A stretch of DNA of 64,000 nt from Paecilomyces variotii (taxonomy: Eukaryota). Where the stretch lies: NCBI GenBank assembly GCA_004022145.1, contig RCNU01000001.1, one strand, 5' to 3'. Below are positions 42,715-54,799 of this stretch, in pieces. The number at the start of each line of letters is the position of its first letter. Position 1 is the first letter of the stretch. The position numbers and the translations under genes were made by a program. The notes below the pieces were generated by a model. It had not been told where the DNA came from. It ran no database searches and saw only the letters and a program-made list of their open reading frames with translations.

Positions 42715-42802
42715 GCCGGGCTAGCTCAATCGGTAGAGCGTGCGGCTCTTATCATCTCGAATGGTTACCGCAAGGCTGCGGGTTCGACCCCCGCGTTCGG
42801 CT
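42715..42802 (+). tRNA. tRNA-Lys(CTT) with 15-nt intron
   Basis: Acceptor GCCGGGC/GTTCGGC, D-arm TAGCTCAATCGGTAGAGC, anticodon stem TGCGG/CCGCA, CTT at 42748-42750, intron 42752-42766, GGTTCGA T-loop, downstream T-run terminator. Confidence 0.95.
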
Positions 42803-43624
42803 CAATTCCGGACATTTCCACTTCGGCTTTCTTTTTTTATTTTTTTTGACCTCCGCAGACCACATCAGAAGTGGCTGCTAGAGATAATTAGGGATGTGAA
42901 ACGCTTGTTTCTTGGAACCAAACACTTGACCTGAAGCAGTATTAAGGTCTGCCGGAACCACATGAAAGCCCTTGTTAGCTATGCATCCAGTAGTGATGCT
43001 TAGTTACGAGTAAATATCGACGAATGATGACCCGAATAGGAACTCTGCTATATAGCTCTACCTAATATGATACTCTTCACGGTTCATGTTCGATAGAAGT
43101 TTATATCTAGATAGCCATATCCACAGAGTTGGAAGCCATTAACGTGCGCCCTCTAGGAGTTCCATATTTGGACCCTGGAACACAGTCATCCACATCTTTG
43201 TTCGATGCATAGCAAGTAAGAGAACATGAAGTCTGACGATAGGATCTAGTGCCATGCAGTTCGAAATCGCCGAGCAGTGTTAGGCTACCACGTACCTGCG
43301 TTTGATTGTAATCATCAGTCGCCCGATTTCTTCACGAACCTATTTCATTTTCTATGGTCATTTCTGGTATTACAGCAGAACGGAAAGACCTTCCTTATGA
43401 CGGAGAGGTCGATATTGCCTAGAAAATTTATGGATATAAATGCGAGGAGAGCCTAGGTACGAGGTGAAATGCTCCTAGCCTCCTACCGACCAGACGAGGC
43501 TCCAGTGGGTCGGTCTACTCTAACAGGTCGCCCTATCTAATCAGCTGCTAGCCAAATGTTCCTGTGTGCCCCAGACAAATTTGTCTCACTGCATCCCCAC
43601 GCTCCGACTTTCATATCAGTCAAT

Positions 43625-44578
43625 ATGACGGAGACTCGATCGTTTCTTCCTCCGCGGCCCCCCGATGGCTCAAAGCTGGAGATGGACATTCTGGACTCAA
43701 CTTTCTTCAAGACTCCCGGCCAGCGGCTGCCGACGCCAGCACAAGTCCGGGCCCTGTCAACAGATATAGGCACGATGCCTAAACCAAAACCTATCATCTT
43801 CAGAAACCCAGACATCTTCGTCAAGCTTGGTCACTACGTTACTGTTGAAGAAGCTCAGTGCCTTTGGATGGTTCAGCGGGCCTTTCAAGGCACTGTGCCG
43901 GTTCCTGAACTTTTCGGATGGCGTGTAGACGACAAGGGCTACGTATTCATTTATATGCAGCTCATCGAAGGTCAGACGTTACTTGATGGATGGGATAATA
44001 TTCAAAGCGCAGACAAAGAAGTGATGTGCAATCAGTTATACGAAATCACAACGTCTCTACGTCAACTTAGCCAAGGTTCCGACAAGTACATTGGTACGCC
44101 CTGACCTACTTGGACGTGGATTCATTGCTGGTATTAATTTGTCCGTCTAGGATCTATCAACCGCCAAAAAGCTCCCGATTATGTCTTCCAACATCTGAAA
44201 GAAGCCGGGCCATTCCCAAACATAAAGGAATTCAACGATTGGTTCTCTACCTTGCCCCAGTCGCGGCTTCCGGCGTCCATGAAATTTAAAGATCCCTATA
44301 GAGACCTCTTGCCTGATGACGGAGAGATTAAATTCACACACGCCGACCTTCATCGAGCTAACATCATGATATCCTCGACCGCGCCCTTTCGAGTCATTGC
44401 AATCGTCGACTGGGGTCTGTCAGGCTGGTATCCAGATTTTTGGGAGTACTGCAAAGCTCTCTACACCTGCTGGTACGAGAGTGAATGGCGTCAGGATTGG
44501 ATTGACAAGTTTCTACATCCACGAACGCAGGAGTTTCTAGTCTTCTCGGAATACTGCATGGCGATCGGTGCTGTCTAA
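43625..44578 (+). CDS. APH/choline-kinase-like phosphotransferase
   Basis: FVKLG..V..EEAQCL, VPVPELFGW, FIYMQLIEG, Brenner motif FTHADLHRANI, IVDWGLSGWYPDFWEY; one intron at ~44094-44150. Start could alternatively be 43556. Confidence 0.88.
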
Positions 44579-44770
44579 GTTGACCTTATACCGGACAGAA
44601 GACGCCTGCCAAAGACTTTCGAGGGGTGGCTACAACTTTGCCTAAGTGTAACTCAGTATAACTCCTTGTGCTCTATCGTAGATGATATCCTCGGATATAA
44701 GAAACGCAGGCATCAATAAAAAAGAGAAAAGACAAAAAAAAACAAAGAAGTGGTCAATTGTTCGGAATTG

Positions 44771-44858
44771 AGCCGAACGCGGGGGTCGAACCCGCAGCCT
44801 TGCGGTAACCATTCAAGATGATAAGAGCCGCACGCTCTACCGATTGAGCTAGCCCGGC
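44771..44858 (-). tRNA. tRNA-Lys(CTT) with 15-nt intron
   Basis: Reverse complement is identical to 42715-42802 except for one C/T in the intron. Confidence 0.95.
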
Positions 44859-46689
44859 TTCTTTGATGGTGGCTTGAGCTCGGGAAAATTTAAGAGGCGT
44901 ACATCCCGATTATCCAAATGGGGTAAAGCGGCATGCACAGGTAATGACGCCCATAGCGTGCGAAAAAGGTTATAAGTATTAATGCAAATAATGTCTCTAA
45001 TAGCTGCCACGGAGTTATTAATATATTGTTTAATATCTGCGACAGTGACATATTGCTCCCATACTACAAACTCTGGCGGCTGCATGTGTGTTGTGTATTA
45101 ATGTGATCATGACCGCAGATAATGATAATCATTCGCATGCGAACAATAATTAATATGTGCATAATCTAGGTACTTTGATATTGTCAGGAACCCAAGTGAA
45201 GAGGCTACAGTACTTAAGTGGGACAGGCCAAAAGTTTGTGGCGTGGGTTGGGCAGACATGGGGACGGATGGGTCAGTATTACGATCGCAGCGTTGGCTGA
45301 GTTCTCGCACCATCGAACGGTGAGAAATATTCCGATCATTAATTCCGTTGCGGATAGTTGAAAAGCTTCGAGGAAGAGGGATCCGTACCGGGCAGATGAA
45401 CACCTTCATCCTCAGCGTGGGTTCAGACAATTTCCCGACAGAGTGTTGGTTGGGGCCTTCAGATCTCCATCGGATGGATAGATGTTAACTCTGGCTGCGG
45501 CATGGCGTGGATTGTGTTGAGATTATCTACGGCGAATAATGAATTCCCGCCTGTCCCACACGGAGGGAAGCCCGAGTAAGTAGAGTACCATAGTGGGGGA
45601 CTGATGCGTTGCGGGGCGATCTCCGGACGGAGAGCAGCGATTCCGTCGTCAGTCCAGAGGGCAGATTGTTGAGTTGGTGCCTGTCCTAAGGGTGGGTGAA
45701 GATGCAATCATATGTAAGTATCTAGGACCACGTAGTTATTATGGTAGTAGGAGTGGAACTATCGATACCTGTTGGGAGGGGACGATGATGATGTTTTGTT
45801 TGGAGGGGCCGAGGGGCAGAACTGGAGAAGGAAAACGAGTTCCGGAGTGGGAAGCCAGAATGAGAACTTCTGCCTGGACGGGAGTTTCAATTGTTACATG
45901 CCGGCTGTTTCGTTCAGAAAGTGGCCTGACGCCGACCCAGGGGAACAGACAACCGCCTCGACGACGATGATCACTGGAGAGGCTGTCGGGATGCGCGCGT
46001 GCCGCCATCAGCCCATCAGGCGCTGATGTATGTACCAGGGACACATCCAGCGGTCTAACTATGGTAGAGTCAGTAGTTAATGAAATATTATTGCATAGTC
46101 AGAAAGATCTAATCAGTTCGGATCTCTGGCAGCCCCGCAGAGAGAAACGAGTTGGACAAGTGTTTATTATTTAGTGTAGCCACTCGATGGCGTGACGGAG
46201 ATACAGGCAGCCATTGGAATTCCGGTGCTTGTCCCTTAATCTTATAGACCCTTATTATTGACCCTCTTTTCTGCCTTTCTTATCCTTCAGAGACCAGACT
46301 CCTAACGAGGTACCATACACTGATTGACTTCACTGATTATCTTAGTGCCGGTAAGTAACTAACTGGCCTGGACGATCCCATCCCCTCTGCTCCCCACCGG
46401 CTTCACTTCTCCACCGTCTGGTGTACTTATCGTCATCAGGCCCGGTCACAGGGCCGATGGCGCCATGTTTCATCCTATATAGTTAATGCAGGAGACCCCC
46501 TGTTCTCAAATCCAATAACTCTGACATTTTCCTCAGACTCGCAGTGAAGAACTACCAGACGCGTGAGACAAACAGAGAAACATTCGCGCAGCTCCTGCGT
46601 ACTTAACTAGATCCCGCCTTCAGTTTCACCACCTACTTTTGCTCCAGTTCCAGTTCGCTCCCCTGTCAATCGAGCTCCAGAAAGCAACA

Positions 46690-47047
46690 ATGGCCATCAC
46701 TGTCAATTGCGTCCGGCCGACCATCCGTCACTTCTCTGCTCGTCGTCCTCGTCCCGACAGCCGTGCCTCGCGCTTCGTTGCCTCGTCCTGCATCGCCTCC
46801 GCCGTGGTGCTCCCCTTCATCCCGCCGGCCATCGAGAGCTCCCGGGAGAAGAGCCTGGGCTATCCCAACCACAACAAGTGAGTGCACGCTGCTCCTGATC
46901 GTTGCGCAAGCCGCCTCGTCGACCCCAAAAAGCAATGCTTTTGAAGGGATCATTTCTGGAGATTTGTGTGAATTTACAAAAGAGGACCTGCTCACCCCGC
47001 AATCTATTTATAGATCCCACCCACCGCTCTGCTTCCACGCTCGCTAG
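46690..47047 (+). CDS. Small hypothetical protein (73 aa, 2 exons)
   Basis: Strong C-ending codon bias and ACAATGG start context. GTGAGT...TAG intron 46878-47013 gives ...YPNHNKSHPPLCFHAR*. Confidence 0.65.
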
Positions 47048-47776
47048 ACATCACCACCGATGAATGTCTTATTTTCTTTTGTCATGACCACTCCATCATT
47101 TTTACGAATTCCAACAGTCCGACCTGTTCTCCAGAAGACAGGCCGCTCTGTTGATGATGCATGCTTCTACTTGAAGGCGGCATACGGACGGCGTTGGCAG
47201 GATGGGTGCACCGCTTTTTGTTACTGGAACTAGGTGCTACTACTCGCAGCGGAATTGTTCCGCTAGTTACTAGGAGCTACTGATCCAGTTTCTTTGATTG
47301 CTGCATGGGCACAGGCGATACCCGCATAACAGCATTCCTGCACATTTGACGATCACGAGGGAGGCGTTTTCGGTGGGCGTTTCTTGTCAAGTATTCCTTT
47401 ATATTCCTTTACACTGTCGCCAGTTTCATTGGGACACAGAACCATGACTGGATGGAGGCATTGCTCCAGACAAACTAATAATATCAACTATGAAATCGTA
47501 ACCGACTGCATTCTTATCTGGTTCCGCTAGAGCTAATTACCGGATTCGGTAGCCCCGGATTGCTGTAGGGTGCCTTTTGGGGTTAAAACAACCCCGGATT
47601 ATTATATAAGACGGAGGGTAAAAATAGAGCAGATTCAACATTGCTATTTACAGATCGGATCATCGTACAGCTTGCGCCACATCAACACGTGGGAAAAAAG
47701 ACGTTCTGGGAGTTTGTGATCCTGATCACTCTGGACAAACCACTCTGGACTAACAAACAAAACCTCGTCCCTCCAC

Positions 47777-48516
47777 TCAACTCAACCGGTTACCCCTGGG
47801 CGGCCGGAAAGTCTCCGTAGCTTCATATTTACTCTTCTCCAGCACGCGCTGCGCATCCGTATCGGGTTCATGCCGGGTCGGCGCGGGGTCATTGCTAGCT
47901 TCCGAACTCGGGGAACCCGCGACGTCTGACACGTTATTCTGCTGGGCTAGCTTAGCGCGCTGCAGGCTGGGGTCGTCGGTCGGCACGGGCGTCTTATTCG
48001 GAGGAGCGGACGACAGGGTGGGAGGTGTCGGGGCACTGCGGCGTTCCTGGTACTCAGCGGCGGCCAGGGAGGCCTTGCGTCTCAGTTCTGCTTCATGGCG
48101 AGATGCCCGGTCGGCATTGATGGACTTTTTGGCGAAGTAGTAGGCACCACCGCCAGCTAAAGGGGAGAAGGATTCGTATGTCAGCACTACTCTGAGAGGG
48201 TCTGCTTGAAGACAGCCGGTATGGAGCTTGAGGGGAATAGGAGAGGACAAAGGAGCGAAGATAATTAATGACGACCAGGGAGGAGATTTAAAAGGCATTG
48301 GAGATGGACTGATTCTTACCAACGCAGAGGGCGCCCCAGCCAAACCTATTCAATGATCAAATTCTCGTCAGATATCTCCGGACGAAGCTCGGCGGAAGCA
48401 GAGAGTAGTTTCTCGAGAAATTGCGGCTTACCAGGTAGATCTGACCTGGATTAAACAAGACAATTAGTTCGTGTATCATCTTACACAGGCAAGAGGAGGG
48501 CACATACCGTGTTCAT
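47777..48516 (-). CDS. Small conserved-type fungal hypothetical protein (multi-exon)
   Basis: Micro-exons splice to MNTVRSTWFGWGALCVAGGGAYYFAKKSINADR...DPAPTRHEP...EKSKYEA...RGNRLS*. Confidence 0.75.
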
Positions 48517-48967
48517 TTTGCCGGAAGCAGTCAGTCGATGCTCAGACGAGATGAGTTGTAGTTTGTATCGGCGAAATAAACTAACTCCTACTCTTCTACG
48601 TCAGGACCGAACGGTGAGCTCTGGTTGCCCGGAGGAACCTTTTACCGCGGCAGCGCTGGCCAACCAACCAGAGGCCAAAAAGCGCTTGCGGCTCCCGCGT
48701 CTCGGCCGGAGATCGATAACTAAGCCATGAGTTGATAACCAGTCGCCTGGTTATGAGTGTTCCTCTTTTCTTATTCTACATCTATCTCACTACTGCCATC
48801 GATATCCGGCTGTGCTGTGCAGTCTCTGGGTGTAGGGATCCGTTAAGGACGCTGCCTCTGCTGTTTTCGAGGCTCTGGCAGCCTGTTCGAGCTCTGTCCC
48901 TTCGTTGACCTGCTTACTCTTCTTGGACTCTCCCTTGCCACTGAATATCTGGAAACGCTGAAGCAGG

Positions 48968-51582
48968 ATGCCTGTGAAGCGGAAAGCCGTTGACAGTAAG
49001 GATATCCCTGTCTAATGCGAACTGAAGGAGTAGTCGACTAATACCGGCCAGATGGCCCGGCTGGCAGGGCGTCGAAGCGTGCGACTCCCGTTCCGGATCA
49101 TAGCATCGACAGCGACGACGACTACTCCGAGTACGAAGAGGAAGTGAGTGGGAAAGATAGCAGCTTGAAAGGTTAGCACGGAGTACTTTCCCTTCTGCGG
49201 AAAATTACGAAGTGCTAATGCTGGCGTTCTTTTTCTGTTCTAGATGTCGTCGAGAAATTCTCACTCGAATCTTTCAGCAGAAACAAGAAGGCTGCTGTCC
49301 AGAGGGAAGACCCTCATTTCGGATACAAGGATTTCTCGTCTCTGCCACTGAAGCCAGATCATGCCAATCGTCCTCTCTGGATCGAGCCGCTCAAGGGCAC
49401 CATCACGCTGGAGAGCTTCTCGCCACTGGCGCCCCAGGCGCAGGATTTCCTGACTACGATCGCTGAACCGCTGTCACGACCTACACATCTACACGAGTAT
49501 CGGTTAACAGGAAACAGTCTGTACGCTGCGGTCTCGGTCGGGTTGCTTCCAAATGACATCATCAATTTCCTGGACCGGTTGTCCAAGACGCCTCTTCCGG
49601 ATACGATCAAGTCATTTATTGTCGACTTTACCAAATCCTACGGAAAGATCAAGGTCGTTTTGAAACACAATCGGTTTTTCGTCGAGAGTTCGGACCCGGC
49701 GATGCTGCAGATGCTCTTGCAGGATGAGGTGATCGGTCCTCAGAGGTTGCAAGGGTCGGAGGGGATCACCCAGCAAGCTGCCCCCAAAATGGGTGGGTTG
49801 GTTATTCCAGGAACGAAAGATGCGGCGGGAGTCAAGCAGGCGGAACAGAAGACGGCGGAAGGCAATGAAGGTCAACCGAAAGAGGATGATATTCTCGTCT
49901 CGTTGCGCGACGAGGATGATGACGATGATCAGGCCCAGGTCCACAGTTTCGAAATACCGAACAGTGCGGTGGAAGTTGTTAAATCTCGATGCCAGGCGAT
50001 GGGTTGTCCCGCTCTGGAGGAGTACGACTTCCGGAACGATGAGATCAACCCTACCCTGGATATCGACCTGAAGCCGAATGCGCAGATTCGAAGCTACCAG
50101 GAAAAGAGTCTGAGTAAGATGTTCGGTAATGGTCGAGCTAAAAGTGGAATTATCGTCTTGCCTTGTGGTGCTGGAAAGACGCTTGTCGGTATCACTGCAG
50201 CTTGCACTATCAAGAAGGGAACCATCGTCCTCTGCACCAGCTCAATGTCTGTCGTTCAGTGGAGGAACGAGTTCTTGCGCTGGTCAAACATCGACCCCAG
50301 CGACATCGCTATCTTCACGTCCGACAACAAGGAGAAGTTCCGCAGGTCCACCGGTATCATTGTGTCAACATACTCCATGGTCTCTCAGACGAGAGCTCGT
50401 TCCCACGATGCTGAAAAGATGATGGATTGGCTGCAAGGACGGGAATGGGGTCTGATGATCCTGGACGAGGTGCATGTCGTCCCCGCCTCGATGTTCCGAA
50501 AGGTTACGTCCGCCATCGCTTGTCAGGCCAAGTTGGGTCTCACGGCTACACTACTGCGTGAGGACGACAAGATCAAGGATCTGAACTTCCTGATTGGACC
50601 GAAATTGTACGAAGCCAACTGGATGGAACTTGCCGATCAAGGCCATATCGCCAAGGTCCAGTGTGCGGAAGTCTGGTGTCCCATGACCACGGAATTCTAC
50701 TCGGAGTACATGAGGGAGAAATCCAGAAAGGCAGCACTGCTGTATATCATGAACCCGAGGAAATTCCAGGCTTGTCAGTACCTCATTGACTATCACGAGA
50801 AGAGAGGCGATAAAGTGATTGTCTTTTCTGATAACGTGTACGCACTGGAGCGGTACGCATTGAAGCTGAACAAGGCGTATATCTACGGTGGTACGCCGCA
50901 GAACGAACGTCTGCGCATTCTTGAGAACTTCCAACATAATGAGCAGGTGAACACCATCTTCCTCTCCAAGATCGGTGATACTTCGTTGGATCTACCCGAA
51001 GCTACCTGTCTTATTCAGATATCGTCGCATTATGGCTCTCGTCGCCAGGAGGCGCAGCGTCTCGGCCGTATTCTGCGAGCCAAGCGTCGAAATGATGAGG
51101 GTTTCAATGCCTTCTTCTATTCCCTCGTGTCCAAAGATACGGACGAGATGTTCTACTCTTCCAAGCGGCAGGCGTTCCTCGTCGACCAAGGCTACGCGTT
51201 CAAGGTCATCACACATCTCCAGGGTATTGAGAACCTGGAGGGTCTCGCATATGCCACACCTGCAGAGCGTCGTGAACTCCTGCAGGAGGTGATGCTGCAG
51301 AACGAGACTTCCGCAGAAGTTGAGCATGTTACGGATGATCTCTTCAGTGAGCGTTCTGGCGGACCTAAAGCCAAGGGTGGCAAGAAAGGTGGCGTCAAGC
51401 GTAGCGCTGCGACGCTTAGTGGACTTGCTGGAGGTGAAGACATGGCTTACATTGAATACAACAAGAGCAGGAACAAACAGCTCAAAGACAAAGTCGGCCA
51501 TCATCCGCTGTTCAGGAAGATGGAGAGAGACCGCCAGCGGAGGAAGAAGGAGATGGAGGAATTGAGACGAGAACTGAAATAA
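48968..51582 (+). CDS. SSL2: TFIIH/NER helicase XPB (Ssl2/Rad25)
   Basis: [25 protein letters not shown], Walker [39 protein letters not shown]; two 5' introns. Confidence 0.96.
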
Positions 51583-51927
51583 CGATCAAAAACTATGTAC
51601 AGTACATTTCTCGCATATCAGACGGCGTTCATTGGTGGTTCGTTTATATAAAGCGCATCGGACGCAGCTTCTCTAGAATATGAGAAAGACGGTAAAAGTC
51701 TTAATAATCGACATATCAACCTTCTCACTGTAATTTAGTTAACTCACCAGGTCACTCTACGTGTAGACCGAGTCTTACGAAAAAGCCAAAAGCCGGTCCA
51801 CGGAAAGACACAATCTCAGCAGAAGCTCGAAGCCAACGTATACCGTATCACGTCTATCTATCTAAAAGTACATACAATATAAAAATCTATTTCCCACAAT
51901 GCCCCCCGAAAAAGAAAAGGTATCATT

Positions 51928-53594
51928 TCACTCCAAAAGTACACCTCGTGCCTGTCGAGGATACTTTTTACCAAGAAACAAAAACGAAAGGATCGGTAGA
52001 GGTATTAACGCGATTGCTATAATCAAATATTAGATCCTGACCCCATTTACATATGCGAAAAAAGAACGTAAAAAGAAAAAGAAAAAGAAAAAGAAAAAGA
52101 AAAAGAAAAAGAAACAACTCACCAAACACCGAATTCATATAATAATACCCGACAGTCCCATGAAGCGTCCCCGAAATTATAGGCCCCGCCATCATAGCCA
52201 GAGTCACCAGGAGACCATTCAAAGCATAAGCACGCGCAGACCCACTATTAGGACCATAGACTTGTGGATTTTCAACCTGTCTTTCCTTAACGACGGCCGT
52301 TAATTCCAACATTCCTATACCATTGATAAACGGCATGATGGCCCCGATCCCAATTACAGCAGTAATATAGAGAGTCGGACCCATAATCTCTCCATTCGCC
52401 GAGGGAAACTGCTCTGCTCCAGGAATCCCTAATACCCAGATCAAGGGTATCAGGCAGACTAGACTGATTGTGATGGGGTATTTGGGACCGATGACATCGT
52501 ACAGCCACCCGGATAAGGGGCTTATGACGAGAGTAGAGGCTTGGAGGCAGAAGAACATTAGTCCTGTAGCGGATGTTCCCCAGTTGAAGGCCTCTTGGAC
52601 GTGGAGAGGGAGTGTGGTGTCGAGGGTGGAAGAGATGAAGATTGAAAGAGATGAAATGAGTAGTGCTGTGAGTACTCGGCTCTTGTTCAGATAATCGCGA
52701 TAGAAGCTGCGTGGTGGGGTTGGTGTGAGATCATCTGGTGGATCTTGAGTCTGGATTGATTCTGGGAAGGAGTGATATGAGGATCCGGTCTCAGAGAGAA
52801 GGGGTCGATCTTCTGTTGCTTCGGAGGATGGAGTAGCAATCGTGCCTTTCGAGGAGCAAAAGGACGAAGAAGAAGAAGAAGAATAAGAAGAAGGAGGTCG
52901 TGCCGGGACTTCTTTGTCTGACTTCTCTACTACCATAAGAAGACGAGCGATGAAATCCAGCATCAGCACACCGAATGGAGCGGCCCAGGTCGGCCAGTAT
53001 CCAAGCGCCTCGAACAGGAAGCCCGAGACAACAGGCCCGACAATGAAACCCGCTGAAATAAACGAATTTACCGTCCCCATGACCTTCCCAATGTCATCCT
53101 CGCTGACTCTGTCCGCGATTGTGGCCAGACCAATGACCCAGGTCGCGGAGGCAGCGATGCCCTGAAGGATACGTGCGAAGAAGAAAATCCATAAGGAATG
53201 CGAACAGGCGAACAGAACAGTTCCCACCAAAGATAGTATCAATGACAGCAACAATGGCTTCTTTCTACTCGGTTTGCGGTTTGCGAAATGCCCAATGATG
53301 GGACTGGCGATCAACGAAGTGAAGGCATAGAGGGCCAGAACGACAGTAATGTAGAATTGAGTGTGGATTGGGTCGATATAAAGGCGGTCCTTGAGCATGG
53401 AACTTAAGATCGGGACGATGAAACTGTAGAGAAAAGTATCTATAATTTTTTTTAAAAAAAGATGTCAGCGAAGCACCTTGAGGCAAGAAACTAAGTATGA
53501 TCTTACCAGAAAACAAAGCGACACTGATACAAGCGATAACTAACGTCCTTGATGAACGCCATTGGGTTCCCAGCAATCCCTTTGAAACGGCCAT
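51928..53594 (-). CDS. MFS transporter (vesicular amine transporter-like)
   Basis: WRSSRTLVIACISVALFS, FFARILQGIAASATWVIGLATIAD, multiple TM segments. Introns near both ends; last exon ends TGA at 51928-51930. Confidence 0.87.
52070..52111. repeat. (AAAAAG)7 intronic repeat
   Basis: Directly visible; explains the spurious FLFLFL run in the ORF track. Confidence 0.9.
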
Positions 53595-54799
53595 AGTGAG
53601 TGGTCGAGAAGGAAGCTCAGAAACTGAGAGGAATCATGGAAAGAGAAATCCTGCCCTTCTTTATGATTATTATCTCAGAATTAAAGTGCAATTCCAGTGG
53701 AGAATAAATGGGCTAGTATGAAAGAAAGGTCTCCTCTCTGTCCTTAGTAGGTATTTGATTTTTTTTATTTACTCTGGACAGTGATTTGGAGCTTCCATTC
53801 CTCTAGTCTTTCCCCTCCCCCTCTCTTATCCCTTCTTCCACCCTGGACTGGTTGTCAAGAGGCTTAGTATGAAGGCCGAGAAAAGGCGAAAGACCTCCAT
53901 ATACCGAGTACCACGATATATTTAGCATAGAGGTAGTAAGATTGAAATTATTCTCATGATAAGAATAGACAAGACAGAGTACAATGCAAATAATAATAAA
54001 CTCCTAAATGGTATGAATTACCACCTGTTCCTGCGTTGCTGAGAACCCTTGGATTGTCGATAGTCCCGGGATAATAATGGAATCTGCCATCCCTTGCAAC
54101 GTTAGTGTCGCCGTATCCACCGTACAACAGCGGCCACGTTGGTGATGATAGACATCCCGCGAATCTGGTTCAAGGAGGTGGCTTGCATATCTACGCGTTG
54201 AGCTTGTTACCACGCCAGAAGGACAATGTGCAGATTCTTGGGAGAAACGATCCACTCGGATCGAGTCACGAAGGCTATTTTGGAGTAAGTTGTAGATCGC
54301 CGGGGAGTTATTAGCCCTATCTATTACGGTTTCCCTTTTTGACCCTGGTTTGCTTCGACTACATTTTGAAGAAAACCATTCCAAGAATTTCATCCTATTG
54401 GTACTTGCATATCCTGGGATTTAAATAATACAGATTATCGCTATCGGCAATATCGATCCGCTATCACAAAATTTGATCAACTTAACGACGGTCCTGCTTT
54501 CTCAAATAGGAGCAATTCTAGGGACAATAATGAAAGTTCGTATTCAATCTAAAACTGGAACCCAACCCTTAAATTGTCATGGTTGCTCGTAGTCAGGACA
54601 TCTGGCTTATCTTCTGCTGCGGGGTAGTTACAAGAGGCACACTTACGGATGAACCAGCCCCAAGATCTTTCTTAGTTAACCAACTAGTCCTGGAACGTAC
54701 CATCGATCACTCCTGCTGATAAACAATCCATGGACGAGTAGCACAGAACTATCTTGTCAAGAGATACGAAATACGCGGTAGTATACCAAAATCATCAGC

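Noticed and set aside
54004-54393. 129-aa minus-strand ORF
   Set aside because: No motif or splice support; cannot be supported as a gene.
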